Assembly (NCBI RefSeq): GCF_006345805.1
Contig: NC_043014.1
Coordinates: 27,900,001-27,964,000, forward strand
From: Octopus sinensis
Taxonomy: Eukaryota
Direction: 5' to 3'
Length of the DNA stretch: 64,000 nucleotides
Part shown: positions 40,401 to 52,606 of the stretch, in pieces
Position numbering within the stretch: the first letter of the stretch is position 1
Layout of the letters: each line of letters starts with the position of its first letter
Translations under genes and position numbers: made by a program
The notes under the pieces: generated by a model
The model's input: the letters and a program-made list of their open reading frames with translations, nothing else
Database searches by the model: none
Told to the model about the DNA's origin: nothing

Positions 40401-41807
40401 AGATTAAAAAAAAAGTGCATCTATGACCTAGTAAATGACACTATATCAATGGATTGAAAGGAACAATGGATTTATTTGTTCCTTAATTTCGAAACTCTGA
40501 AATATATACACCAACCACAGAACTTCCATCTGATCTGTCATCAGTATTTTCTTTTTCATAGTTATATATATGCGCATGTGTGTGTGTACATATTTATCAT
40601 CATCATCATCGTTTTACTGGTGTAGGTTGAACAATTTGCCATTGTCAGACTTAGGGGTACAGGTCATTTAGACAGGTTAAAGGACTGCATCTTATGTATT
40701 TCATTTTTGATTTGGTTTCTGTGGGAAGTTGCCCTTATTAACACCAACCACTTTACAGAATGTAATGGGTGTATCTTTTATGACACCAGTATTATAGAGA
40801 ACAAGAAATGTCCTCAACTACAGGGACCTCAAACCCTCATGTCCCTGCTTGCTTGCCAACTTCTTTACAGAGTGAGAAACACAAGTAATTGGGGTATGAA
40901 AGATAAAGGTATGAATGATGGTGATAAATGAAAAGAGGGACGTGAGATAAGGGGATAAGTGATAGGGGTAGTCAGTTTTGTGAGATACTCAATGCAACAT
41001 GACCAAGGGCATGGAAGTGATGACAACACAGAAATCCAAAAGATAGTGTAACATGGACCCAGGATGTGTGGATGTAAAGGACAAAGAGTATGATAGCAGA
41101 CAGAATGAAAGGGAGTGACAGCAAACAGTGCAGAAGGAAAAGGAGAAGATAAAATATCTTAGGCACAATTGGTCTAATGCCTCTCCTATACATTGACTTT
41201 CAGATGGGCCACAGTGGTCAATTGATAAGGGTGGTGGTAGGCTAATAGAAAATAGAGGAGTGGCAGAGGAAAGGGTGACAGAAAAAGTGAGTGATAGGGA
41301 AATGAGAGAGTTTCAAAGTGTTGGGGGAGACAACAAGAGTAGACTTGGTGGTATATACACATACACTATAAAAGCATATGTATCACATATATATATATAA
41401 ATACATCCACACTCTCCCAAACATATGCCAGCATGTACATGTGTATTACATTACCTTAGTCTAAATCACTACCTCTATTTTTGTAACTTTCAATCTACTA
41501 TACTTGCACAGATGGCCTCTTGTCATAACCTTTGTAAGATGCAACAACTTGAGATCAGCCTTCACCATTTCATCACAAGACTTTCTTGGTCTTATTTCAC
41601 AGGTTCCATTCACTTGGAGTGCTTTTTCATTCTGGTACCATTCTCAATATACATCTTATGTCCATGTCACTTTCACACTACATCTAATTTCTTTTATCAT
41701 CACCAGTTTTTCTCACAGCTCTAATGCACAATGCACACAAACATTACACATCCAACATTTGAGAATACATATTTTCCATGAGCGCTTAGTGCTTACTGTG
41801 TGTATGC

Positions 41808-41855
<48 letters not shown>

Positions 41856-42213
41856 TCCTTGACATTGTTGTATGTTTGCATGGGTCCAACAGAATTCATT
41901 GAGGAAGATTTTTTCTATGGCCAGATACCCTGCTGTCACCAAAAGTCACCTGTTTCCAAGTAAGGTAATATTTCTCCATGAACAGACATGCTTTTCACAG
42001 ATTAGAAATGAACAATATTTGTTTAAAACTGTAATGTATATTAAAACAAGGGGACATACATATCTAAGTCCTGTCACATATTCACATGATCATTTTGAGG
42101 ATACTTTTTCAATACTTGTTATAAAATAAATATAATTTTTACATTCTAATGTTATTTTTCTTTCTTTGCAGATTTCTTGATACCGTAGCAATTAAAATTC
42201 ACCTTTTTTAAAT

Positions 42214-43223
42214 GATTTTAGGTCAGACCTATATCAGACACGATGCTATATGAATTCATAAGGGGCTCTCTAACTGTGGTAATGGTAAGAAATAGTTGTT
42301 CTATCTATGAAAATGAAGCTTTTAAGTGTCCAAGCATGCCATTAATGGGTTGACTAGTTTTACTTGGGAAATATTTCTCTTGCAGATTCTTCTTGATCTG
42401 GACAACCAAGTTCTATCAATATTGAGCTTCTGAAAACCAAAGTTCAGGAAAATCCAAAACACACTTTGATCATAAAACACCTTCATGAATTGGGAAAAAC
42501 GTTTAAACTTTGTCAGTCCCTCGTCATCTGACTGCTTCTCAGCTTAATCAAAGGACAACTCTCTGCTCATTATTGAGTAGATTTGCTACCAAACCTGTCC
42601 TGGGTAGAAACATTATAAATGATGAAAAGTGGGTTCTTTATAATCATTTTCAATGAAAACGACAATGGTTAGCATCCAGTGAAAAAGGAGATTAGATTCT
42701 CAAACCAGGACTACACAAGAAAAAAAATTATACTGTGTTTGTTGGTATATGAAGGGTGTAATTTATTGTAAAGTGTTAAACCAAAATCAATCAGTTAATG
42801 CAAAGTATTGTCAGCACACAAAAATTTGGTTAGTCATAAAAGAGCATTGCTCTTACATGATAATACAAGACTACATACAGCCTAAGTCATTCAGAAAAAC
42901 ATTATGACAGTAAGTATAGAAGTTTTGTTTCACCTTCCTTTACTCTCCTGAACTTGCTCCATCTGAGAATCATATTTTCAGATCATTGCAACATTATTTT
43001 GAGGGAAAACAGTTTATTAATTGTGAAGAGATTATAAAGGATACTGAGTGTTTCTTTGCTTCAAAACCTGAAGAATTTTATACCCAAGAGATTTGCCAAA
43101 TAGATGAGATTATCTTATCAATAATGAGGGCAAATATTATCTCCATTAAAAATATCAGTTAAGATCAAAGAAGCATTTATTTCTTTCCCATCTTGAAATA
43201 GGGAAGAATTTTTTTCCAACCTT
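42214..43223 (+). mobile_element. Highly degenerate mariner (mauritiana-like)
   Basis: MLYEF, ALLLHDNTRLH, PELAPSE..IFRSLQHYFEGKQF and FFASKPEEFY remnants; right end ...TTCCAACCTTA followed by TA. Confidence 0.7.
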
Positions 43224-43229
43224 ATATAT

Positions 43230-43351
43230 ACTTATTCTATCAGTCTCTCTTGACAAACTGCTAGGTTATGGGGATCTAAACACACCAACACCAGTTGTCA
43301 AGCAGTCGTGGCAGACAAACACAGACACAAAGACAAATACTCACACACACA

Positions 43352-43401
<50 letters not shown>

Positions 43402-43557
43402 ACGGGCTTCTTTCAGTTTCCGTCTTACAAATCCACTTACAAGGCTTTGGTTGGCCTATGGCTATAGTAGAAGACACTTGCCCAAGGTACCATGCAGTGG
43501 GTCTGAACCAGGAACCATGATTGGGAAGCAAACTTCTTACCACACAACCATGCCTGT
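43230..43557 (-). mobile_element. tRNA-derived SINE (OK/OR-like)
   Basis: Same head, body and microsatellite as the 3720-4134 copy. Confidence 0.8.
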
Positions 43558-43839
43558 ATATTGCAGGCTTCTTTCAGTTTCTGTCAACCAAATACACTCA
43601 CAAGGCTCCAGTTGGTCCTGAGCTATAGAAGACACTTGTTCAGCATGACTGAATCAAAACCTCATGATTAAGAAGTAAGTTTCACCACACACCCATACTT
43701 GTGCGCATCATAAAGAAGTAGTCTAGGGTTCAGTTCCTATGCAAAGTACCTTGCTATATATAGCTATGTACACATGCATAAATACATACACTGCACACAC
43801 ACAGTTGCATATATACTTATATACATACATCAAAACATA

Positions 43840-45430
43840 CGCGCATGTACCTGTATATATACGCACGCGCGCACGTACACATACACATTACAGTACATTA
43901 CAACTACGCTTGAGGATACAAAGAAACTTGTCCAAGGTTTGCATTCTAGTTAAGTATAGTTTTGGCATGTTTCGTTGACAGCGGTGGTTGAATATTTTGC
44001 GAATTGATTAATGATTTACAAGAAGGAATAAGTTGCGAGGCAATATCTAAATGTATGCATAATAGATAAGCAACAAGCGCTTCCAAAGAAAATTGTTCCT
44101 ACAGTAACAAGTAGCCATTAATGGAGCAATTCCATTCTATTTCTGTTGTCTAGAACTGAGCATTATACACACATCTAATAACAAATACATTTATAAACTT
44201 CATACAATAACCAGAAATCAGGGATCTAATCGTACTGAGGAGAGGGATTCATTTTGTACACTCTTGTAATTTTAGCTTGTAGTACTAGTGATACGCTGGT
44301 TTATGTAATTAGTCTGACAGATGAAGAATGATAATCGGTCCAACCAATTGATTTACAGCGCAATTTAAATGAATTATTTACGATGACAGCTGATTTTCTA
44401 TGTGTGCGTGCGTTAATACAACTGAACAAATTTGGTCTGATTCTATTATCTCAATGGAGACGGACAAATTCTATCCAATGAATTAAACGCACATGTAGAA
44501 GCGTTACCACCGACAGATGTTTTGACAGTCCTCATAGATACTGGCATAAATGCTGCTTCTTTTATCCATATATATATAATGCTTGCATTTATGCATATAA
44601 TATATACGAGGGATTTTCCTTTCTTTTCTAAGTAAGCATTATCTATAGTTCATTTAAAAGAACAGAACAGCAGAAATGGCATGCCTAGTGGTGTTTTCAT
44701 TTATAGGGTATATTTTTATAATATCCACATAATCTATCTGAACGTTCGAGTTAAACAAAATCTTGGAATGTCGTATATAAATACACAAAGATGTCAAACA
44801 TTCATTGTCTTCCCACGCAGTTTCTACCATTGCAACTAACAAGCAAAGTTGACAAAAATAAATAAAACAAATAAAAATAATTACAAATACCAAGAAACAA
44901 GTAAAAAAATCTCATTGTTTTATCTTGTAACAACCATCGTCGTACAATGCGGTACGCTATAAACTCATAAAAGGCAAACAAAACAAACGATGAGGTAGAT
45001 CAATGAAATTTCTCACCTACGACAGCTTGTTGTCATGTTAGAAGGTAGATAAGATAAGAAATTGTGCTGAAAAGATCACAGAACTCCGGCAAGTCAAAAA
45101 TATAAGAGATCAGAGGCAAATTACGGATTTTACTGTCGCTGCTGGTGTTTGTACTGGAGAGTAATGAGAAGGGGAGGTCACTCGCCTATTTCATTTTTTT
45201 TTTTTTTTCAGTGTGCTTATGTGTAAGTGACAGGGGGGAATAGTTTTATCTATAAATCTACCCATGCCAAACAACAACCCCCTCCTCTCTCTCCCTCCTC
45301 CTCTCATAAACGTATACCTGTTGCCTCATTTTAGACAGACAACCCACGCGTTGGAAATTGTAAAGCATGACTACTAATTCCAGGATACAGTCTATAATTT
45401 CACTCTTGCGGGAACTCAGATAAATTTTTT
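43840..45430. promoter_or_regulatory. CpG-enriched putative promoter / first-exon region
   Basis: Visibly higher CpG density in unique sequence than the flanks (ACGCACGCGCGCACG, TCGTCGTACAATGCGGTACGC, CACGCG); contains the candidate KCTD start exon. Confidence 0.45.
45017..45036 (-). CDS. Probable first coding micro-exon of the KCTD-like gene (MTTSCR)
   Basis: AACATG start context, ATG ACA ACA AGC TGT CGT AG|gtgaga strong donor; phase 2 matches the exon at 24423; lies in a CpG-rich region. Gives a 289-aa protein with a 20.6-kb first intron. Confidence 0.5.
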
Positions 45431-45932
45431 AAAATCAAGGCGGAATTCTGGTTTAAACACACCATATAACCCCTGATAACTTTTTCATTTTTAAAAATTT
45501 TCAGAAACCTTTTTGCAAATTTGTGTTCTACACACAATTAAGTGAAAAAATTAATTTTAACACCTCTACTCTTTAAATCTTTTGCGAATTTTTAAAAATC
45601 AGAGTTGAAAATATGGACAGTCCAAGTTTTTGCTTAAACCTCAGCAATGGACCACCATTGCACGCATCACCATTCCATTAAATGTGTTTATGGGGAGAAA
45701 AACATCAATACATGTTGGAATGGACAAAATAATGTAAAAGATATCAGGTGGTCATGAGTGTACTAAACCTCTACTTTTTTCAAAGCCAAAAGACAGCTTC
45801 TTGGCATTTTATAGGAACAGATGAGTATCTTCCTAATACCAACCACACCGCAGAGCATACTGGGTGCTTTTAACGTGGCACCAGTACCAGTGCTTTTAAC
45901 ATAGTACCAGCACAGCCTTATATACATATATA

Positions 45933-47182
45933 CCAGGTTGAGTAAAAAGTAAGCAACGTTTTGAACCATGAAGAATTTGTACCATATTTTTGCAGTTTTG
46001 AATTTTTTTCAACATATTTTTGCAATTGTCTGATAATACAGAGATAGACTTGCTGAAATGCATCAATAAATTAACATTGATATTTTTTTCACTGATGTTA
46101 CAATCATCTGAAATGGAAACTATCAAAGTGTGATATTCAAGCAATTTTGCTATTCAACTGCAAAAAAGGACATAAAGCAGCTGAAACTGCTCATGATATC
46201 AATGAAACATTTGGTGAGGAAATGACCAGTGAGTGGTCAGCTTGAAAATGGTTTAAACAATTTCACAGTGGAGACCTGAGCCTTGAAAATCATGAGCATA
46301 GTTGACGCCAATCTGTCATTGATGATGGTCAATTAAAGACCATCATTGAGAAAGATCCACGTGAAACCACTCAAGAACTGGCAAAAGAACTTCAAGTTAG
46401 CAACCATTTGCATAGGATCAGAAAATCAAAAAAGCTCAACAAATGAGTACCACATGATTTGAATGAAAATTAGAAAATGCTCAGATATGAAACTTGCTCG
46501 TTGTTTCTTCTCCATAACCAGACGGATTCATTTCTCAACTGTATTGTAACTTGCAATGTAAAGTGGACTCTGTACAATAATAAAAAATGTTCTTCGCAGT
46601 GGTTGGACCAAAATGAAGCACCAAAAACCTTCCCAAGACCAGAGCTCTTCAAAAAGAAGGTTATGGTGACTGTTTGGTGATGTACTGCTGGACTCATCCA
46701 GTATAACTTCTTAAAACCTGGAAACATTACTGCAGAAACATATTGCCACGAAATTGCCAAAATGAATGAAAAATTGCTACTTGTCTGTCCCAGACTGGTC
46801 AACAGAAGAGGGCCAATCATTCTTCAACCACACATTTCACTAATGATGCTCCCGAAGTTGAGGGAACTTGGCTACAAAGTTCTTCCCCACCCAGATTATT
46901 CCCCAGACCTTTCTCCTACCGATTACCACTTATACAAGCACCTTGATGGTTTCCTGCAAGAGAAGTTCAAAAATCAAACTGATGCTGAAAGTGCATACAA
47001 AGAGTTCATCAGCTCCAGAACTCCAGATTTTTATACTACCAGAATAAACAAACCTGCAACTTGTTGGCAAAAATGTGTTGATTGTAATGGTATTTATTTG
47101 ATGAATAAAATTTCCTCATTGTTGAAATATATTGTGATGAATTTCATGTTTCAAAACGTTGCTTACTTTTTATTCAACCTGA
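45933..47182 (+). mobile_element. mariner transposon (cecropia/Hsmar1-like), full length, inactive
   Basis: About 40-bp TIRs CAGGTTGA(G/A)TAAAAAGTAAGCAACGTTTTGAA(C/A)CATGAA at both ends, TA at left; transposase remnants VPHDL, KKVMVTVW and YSPDLSPTDYHLYKHLDGFL with several stops. Confidence 0.93.
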
Positions 47183-47207
47183 CATACATACATGCATACA
47201 TACATAT

Positions 47208-47605
47208 AGGTGCAGGAGTGGCTGTGTGGTAAGAGGCTTGCTTCCCAACCACATGGTTTCAGGTTCAGTTCCACAGCGTGGCACCTTGGGCAAGTGTCTT
47301 CTACTATAACCTTGGGCCAACCAAACCTTGTGAGTGGATTTGGTAGATGGAACTTGAATAAAGCCCATCGTATATATATGCGTGTGTGTCTTTGTGTCTG
47401 TGGTTGTCCCCCCACCATCATTTTTTTTTGACTACCGGTGTTGTTGTATTTATGTTCCCGTAACTTGGCATGTTGGCAAAAGAGGCCGATAGAATTAGAA
47501 CTAGCCTTACAAAGAATAAGTTCTGGGGTTGATTTGTTTGAATGAAGATGGTGCTCCAGCATGACTGTAGTCAACTGACTGAAACAAGTAAAAGAATAAA
47601 AGAAT
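47208..47605 (+). mobile_element. tRNA-derived SINE (OK/OR-like), full length
   Basis: AGGTGCAGGAGTGGCTGTGTGGTAAG head with box B GGTTCAGTTCC; standard tail. Confidence 0.85.
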
Positions 47606-47744
47606 CCGTATTCAATTAACAGAGGAAAAGAAAATTGAGAGTTGAAAGTTAATAACTTTATTTCCCAAAATTATTAGGTATAGAACCAGTGTTTTCTTGG
47701 ATGTAATCATCCCTTTAAAAGGTTAATATATCATCTAATTAACT

Positions 47745-47860
47745 TATCTATCTTATATATTAATAGGCAAGTTGTCTGTGTGTGTTTTGTGTGAACCACT
47801 CCTACTCCTACAATTTTCAACCGAATTTCACCAAATTTGACATGTGTGCTCTCTTTGACT
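47745..47860 (+). mobile_element. Non-autonomous Helitron-like 5' end
   Basis: A|TCTATC..ATATATTAATAGG, a short (TG) tract, then CAACCGAATTTCACCAAATTTG, resembling metazoan Helitron-N 5' segments (from recall). Confidence 0.45.
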
Positions 47861-49149
47861 TAGGATGCTTCCCCTACCTCAAACCACTTATATTTGCCAT
47901 TGTCTTCCCCTGTCTACTGTCTCATCCAATCACCTCCTTTCTGTACCTTCTATCCCCTGTGCTGTTCTCCATTAGCACCTTGCTTACCTGCTATCACTTT
48001 CAATGCCCTCACATTTCTACTGCAACTCCTGCCCCTGAACCTCTCCTATATTTCTCTCCATCATTTGCTACAATCACTTCACTTTTTCTCACCACTCTAA
48101 TGTCATGAAACATCCCCACCATCATCTCTCTCATTATTGCTCTCTTTATATAAGTCTCTAACTCACACTCCTTTCTTTTCCAACTGGTGTACCTATGTAT
48201 CTACTTTACAGCAAGACACCTTTCTCCCTCTACACCTTTAATCTTCTCAGCTGCACAATATTGCAACCACTCAATACTCTTTCCACTCCCAGTTGAGGGG
48301 TTTTGTTATGCAAGGTACTTGGTGACCCTGTCAGTGACAGTACCTCATAAAATGCACTGGTGCTGGTGCCATTAAAAAGCACCCAATACACTCTGTAAAG
48401 TGGTTGGTGTTAGGAAGGGCATCCAGCTGTAGAAACCATGCCAAAACAGAATATGGAACCTGGTGTGGCTCTTGGCCTTGTCAAACCATTCAACCCATAC
48501 CAGTATGGAAAACAGACATTAAACAATGATGATGCTGACGATGATGATGTGTAAATATATATGCACAATGGGCTTCTTTCAACTTCCATCTACCAAATCC
48601 ACTCACATGGCTTAGGTCAGTCTGGGGTTATAACAAAAGACACTCAGCTAAGATGCCACACAGTGAGACTGAACTTACTGAATCTGGAACCATGTGGTCG
48701 GAAAGTAAACTTCCTACCACCCAACCTTGTCCAACACAATAGCAAAGAAAATAGAATTATATAGATGCAAACTCTATTTCACCTTCTCATTAAAATAAGG
48801 TAAGAGTGGGGACCAAAAATTTACTCAATATTTCAGTGGGGTGAGGTAGGGTGGGGGATAGTAAACAAGTGTGTTGCTGCTTACCTTATTTCTGTTTTTT
48901 TTTTTTTTTCAGAGTTATAATCTCTGTATTTTTGTACATTTTGGGTTACATTAAATACAATATAGATGGTAAGAAGAGGGACAAGAATACCTGAATGGAA
49001 GTAGCACCAGACCAGCAAACTGTAAGAACTACGGGTCATCATTATAGAGATGATAGCATGCCTGAGGGTCAGAGGCTGGAGCATAACAGTGTATTTGTAA
49101 CTTAATGCCTGTCAGCCAAGTAACTTTTCTCTAGATGTGGTCAAGGATA

Positions 49150-50200
49150 TTTATGTGAGCAGCACATTTCCAGTTGAGGGAGCAATACTCAAATTTGTGT
49201 CACTTAAGTTTTGTAGAATTATCAGTATCCTAAAGTGAAGAGGTAAGTCTTTAAGATTTGGTCCAGGCTATGTTAAGGATGTGGTTTTGCCAACAGAGGT
49301 CCTCTATGATCATCTGGAGAAATTGCGAAGGTTCTAGTTGGTGCTGGTCATGTTGGGTGGGTGGTGAGCCACATTGTGATGATATTTTCTTAAAGTCCTT
49401 GTGTTTTTACTGTTGAAAAAGACAATATTGGCATACCCCCTTTGGAGGATGCAGAAAAGATAACAATCATCTGCATAAAAGTGGGCATTGTTGATTGTGA
49501 TTGCAAGTTGGTCATTGATGTTTAGGTGTATGATTCTTACATCACAGTTAATAGTGTAGGACAGAAAGAGCTCTATCAACATATGCTATGATAGCACTAT
49601 CTGATAGGAAGCTACCAATTTAAAAAATGAGGGATAGATGGAGCCTGAAGGCAGGCAGTTTTGATAAGAAATTCTCATACTAGACATGATAGAAAGCTTT
49701 GATTATGGTGAAATCAACAACATTGCTTTCATTAGATTTCTCTAAGGTGACATAGAAGAGTAGATAATCAATGGATCTGACTTATTGGATGAGGAAGGTG
49801 GTTATTAAAGAGAGAAAGAGATTAAAATGTTGGAAAACATCATTAGTAATGACTGTCACCATTATCTTTGAGATACTAGAATTGAATGCAAAAGAACAGT
49901 AGTTTACAGGATCAGAGGGAGTACTTGTCTTGGGAACAGAATACACTTTGGCAGGTTTCCAAAGATCAGAATGTATCTCTGTAGATTGGGAGAGATTGAA
50001 GAGCTTAGTATGTATAGAGGCTAGCTCTAAGGTGCAATATTTGAGGGGAATAGAAGTAACATTGTCAAGATTGCAGTCCTTGTTGGAATGAAGCAAACGA
50101 GTTCTTTTGCACCTGGCATGTATGTATGCAAGGTGGTGAGATGGAGAAGGATGGATTTGGATGGAGTATAGAGTTGCATGCAAAACAAACAGTGACAGCG
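49150..50200 (-). mobile_element. CR1/Jockey-like LINE RT fragment
   Basis: LKYCTLELASIHTKLFNLS...WKPAKVYSVPK..PSDPVNY...SISKIM and HFYADD remnants. Confidence 0.7.
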
Positions 50201-50279
50201 AAGGCTTTCTTTGCTGGTGTACTGTTCAAAGTGTTGAGATAAACAGTTGGAGCTTATGTTGATATATCACCCAGAGGTT

Positions 50280-50880
50280 AGGAAGTGTATAACCTCAGGT
50301 AGAGTGTAAGGTGGTAGTCCATTGGTGTCCAATGATGACAAAATCTGTGTTCTTAGCAATGAGAGCACATGTGACTACAGTCCAAACTGGAAGCACACAG
50401 GCGCCCACAAGTGTCATAACAGTAGTCAGTTGTCTGGATTGAGGCAGATGCTGCCCTGTGACATCTGTCTCTTGTAGCAGCGAGATGCTGTCACTAGTTC
50501 TCTTTGAAGGCAGCTGCTGCTGGTGAGATGAGAGACCTCCATGCTTCACTGTCTGCAGCAAAGGCTTCAAGTTCGTGTGGACTAATGCTACTCCATTTGA
50601 GGTACTTTTCAGACTGTCATTGTACTTCTGTTTAGGCCTTTCTCATTTGCATGAGCCTTGTGTGAGTTCACTGTACAACAGCTACGTGTGGATACAACAG
50701 TCAGTCATTCTGATGACGTGGTCAGCCCAGTGTAACTGAACCTTCATCAGCATTGACTCAATGCTTGTTGAACCGGTTCTGTCTAGCACTTCTTGGTTTG
50801 TCACTCTGTCCTGCCAGCAAATACTCATGGTCCTGCACAGTGCCTTTGTGTAAAACTGTTCCAGCTGTTTGATGTGTTAG
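50280..50880 (-). mobile_element. RTE (BovB-like) LINE C-terminal fragment
   Basis: QLHWADHVIRM...LLYSELTQG...RPKQKYNDSLK. Confidence 0.7.
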
Positions 50881-50889
50881 TAGTATGGA

Positions 50890-51300
50890 GTTCATGTTTC
50901 ACATCCATAGTGTATACTATACATCATACATCCATTGTTTCCCACTTGTAAAAAGCTCTACATCAGATGAAGATATGAAAAACATGAATGGTACTGTTTG
51001 TAAAATGTTCAGGAAAGCTTGCCGCTGCCATAGTTGGCTTGAAGATGAAATCAAATGGGATACTACATTCATGTATGAGCCAAAGGAGCCTCTACACAGT
51101 CCTTCAGCTTATTAGAAATAGCAGTCAATCATTCTCATATCATACACAATCATTCTACAAAAGGGAAGACATATTGGATAATATAATCTGAAGTGCACAA
51201 TGTCTGAAAAGAAAGTCAAGGAGGTCATGGATGGAACATATTTGATCACAAATTTCTTTGAATAGGGATCACTTGAGAATAAACAACATATAAATTATTT
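50890..51300 (+). mobile_element. Helitron Rep/Helicase coding fragment
   Basis: VKSSTSDEDMKNMNGTVCKMFRKACRCHSWLEDEIKWDTTF resembles the RepHel linker consensus V.GPTSFEDL.TVNG.VC.TFREAC..LGLLEDD..WD.TL. Confidence 0.65.
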
Positions 51301-52606
51301 TCAAATTTACTTCCTGACTGACATAAATTTGCACAAATGGATTCAATGGTAATTTAGAGATATTTGCATAAACTATCTCATTTAGATACCTCGTTCTTTG
51401 ATCCAACACATCTCAGTCTTAAGTTCCCTCCATGACCCACCCATTCACTAATCACAACCGGTGAGCACTCAAATTTTTTTCTTGCTTAGCATTATGTAAA
51501 ATCTAGTGTGTAATAACCACAAATGATCAGTTAATGGCACCCTTTCATTCACTTTGTATGATCAGTATAACAGTAACAAAATTTTATTTTTCATCTTTGA
51601 TCAGTAAGTGTTCTTTCCTATTTGCTTCTGTCTAGAAATCAAAGAAAATGACTACAATTCTCTTCAAACTTTGCTCTTTTGACCTGGACATCAATGTTTT
51701 GAAACTGACCAATTTTCCATTACATTTCAGATAGATTCAGCGTTGAGTTGCCAAAGCAGAAATATCATTTTAGCAAATTTTCTGCTCAATATCAGATTTG
51801 TGTGTCAGTTGCTTGACCATAACCACTTGAGCATGTCCCCTTTGTGCATCTCTAATCACGAGCAGGAGTAGTGAGGGAACATCATAGTTATGTATTCAGA
51901 GGAATTCTTTGGGGTTTGAATAAATGTAACAAAAGCAGTTTGAAGAAAATATTAGCCTTTTTCATACTTTCTAGGAATAAGCAAATAGGAAATAACAGTT
52001 GCTACTCAAGGACAAAAATTATGTTACATGGTGTAATTATTAGGTTATGCCCTTTAATACACCATGGGAAATCATTCCATTGTCTATCAGCACTCATTGT
52101 GTGCCTATAAGATGAGATACCCTTCCTTCTTTGGGTCCTTATCGCCAAATGGAGTTATAAGAACACCATTGTGATACATGATGTCTTGGATATTTTTAGA
52201 ACCTAGTGGAACCAATCTTTCTCCAGATCTGATACAGCCAATTCTATTTTCCCAGGAGAAGTTGACCTTAGCACTGACCTGGTATTTAAATGACCCTGAA
52301 CTAATGAAAGGCAGGTTGACTTCAGAGCACAGTGAGCAAGAATGAATATTGCAAGACATTCTAAACTAACCTCTGATGACTGCCAACTTACAATCTTTAT
52401 TATATATGCAGATTCAACATTTCCATAGGGATAGGCTCTAGAAGTGGGCATTTACCTGAACAACAGAACTTTTTAGTTTATTGGAGTTTACAAGAGAAAG
52501 TCTTTTGTGAAACTAACGGATTTCTAGATTCTAGTTACACATTCTTACTGCACAACATTCATATGTGTGTGTGTGTATGTATATATATATATATATATAT
52601 ATATTT

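Noticed and set aside
42171-42220. Plus-strand acceptor tttctttgcag as a distal MIF exon
   Set aside because: The true MIF exon 3 is at 2024-2087; this site lies at the mariner 5' region.
45430-45620. Possible MITE with GGTTTAA...TTAAACC ends
   Set aside because: The inverted match is only about 7 bp and no second copy was seen.
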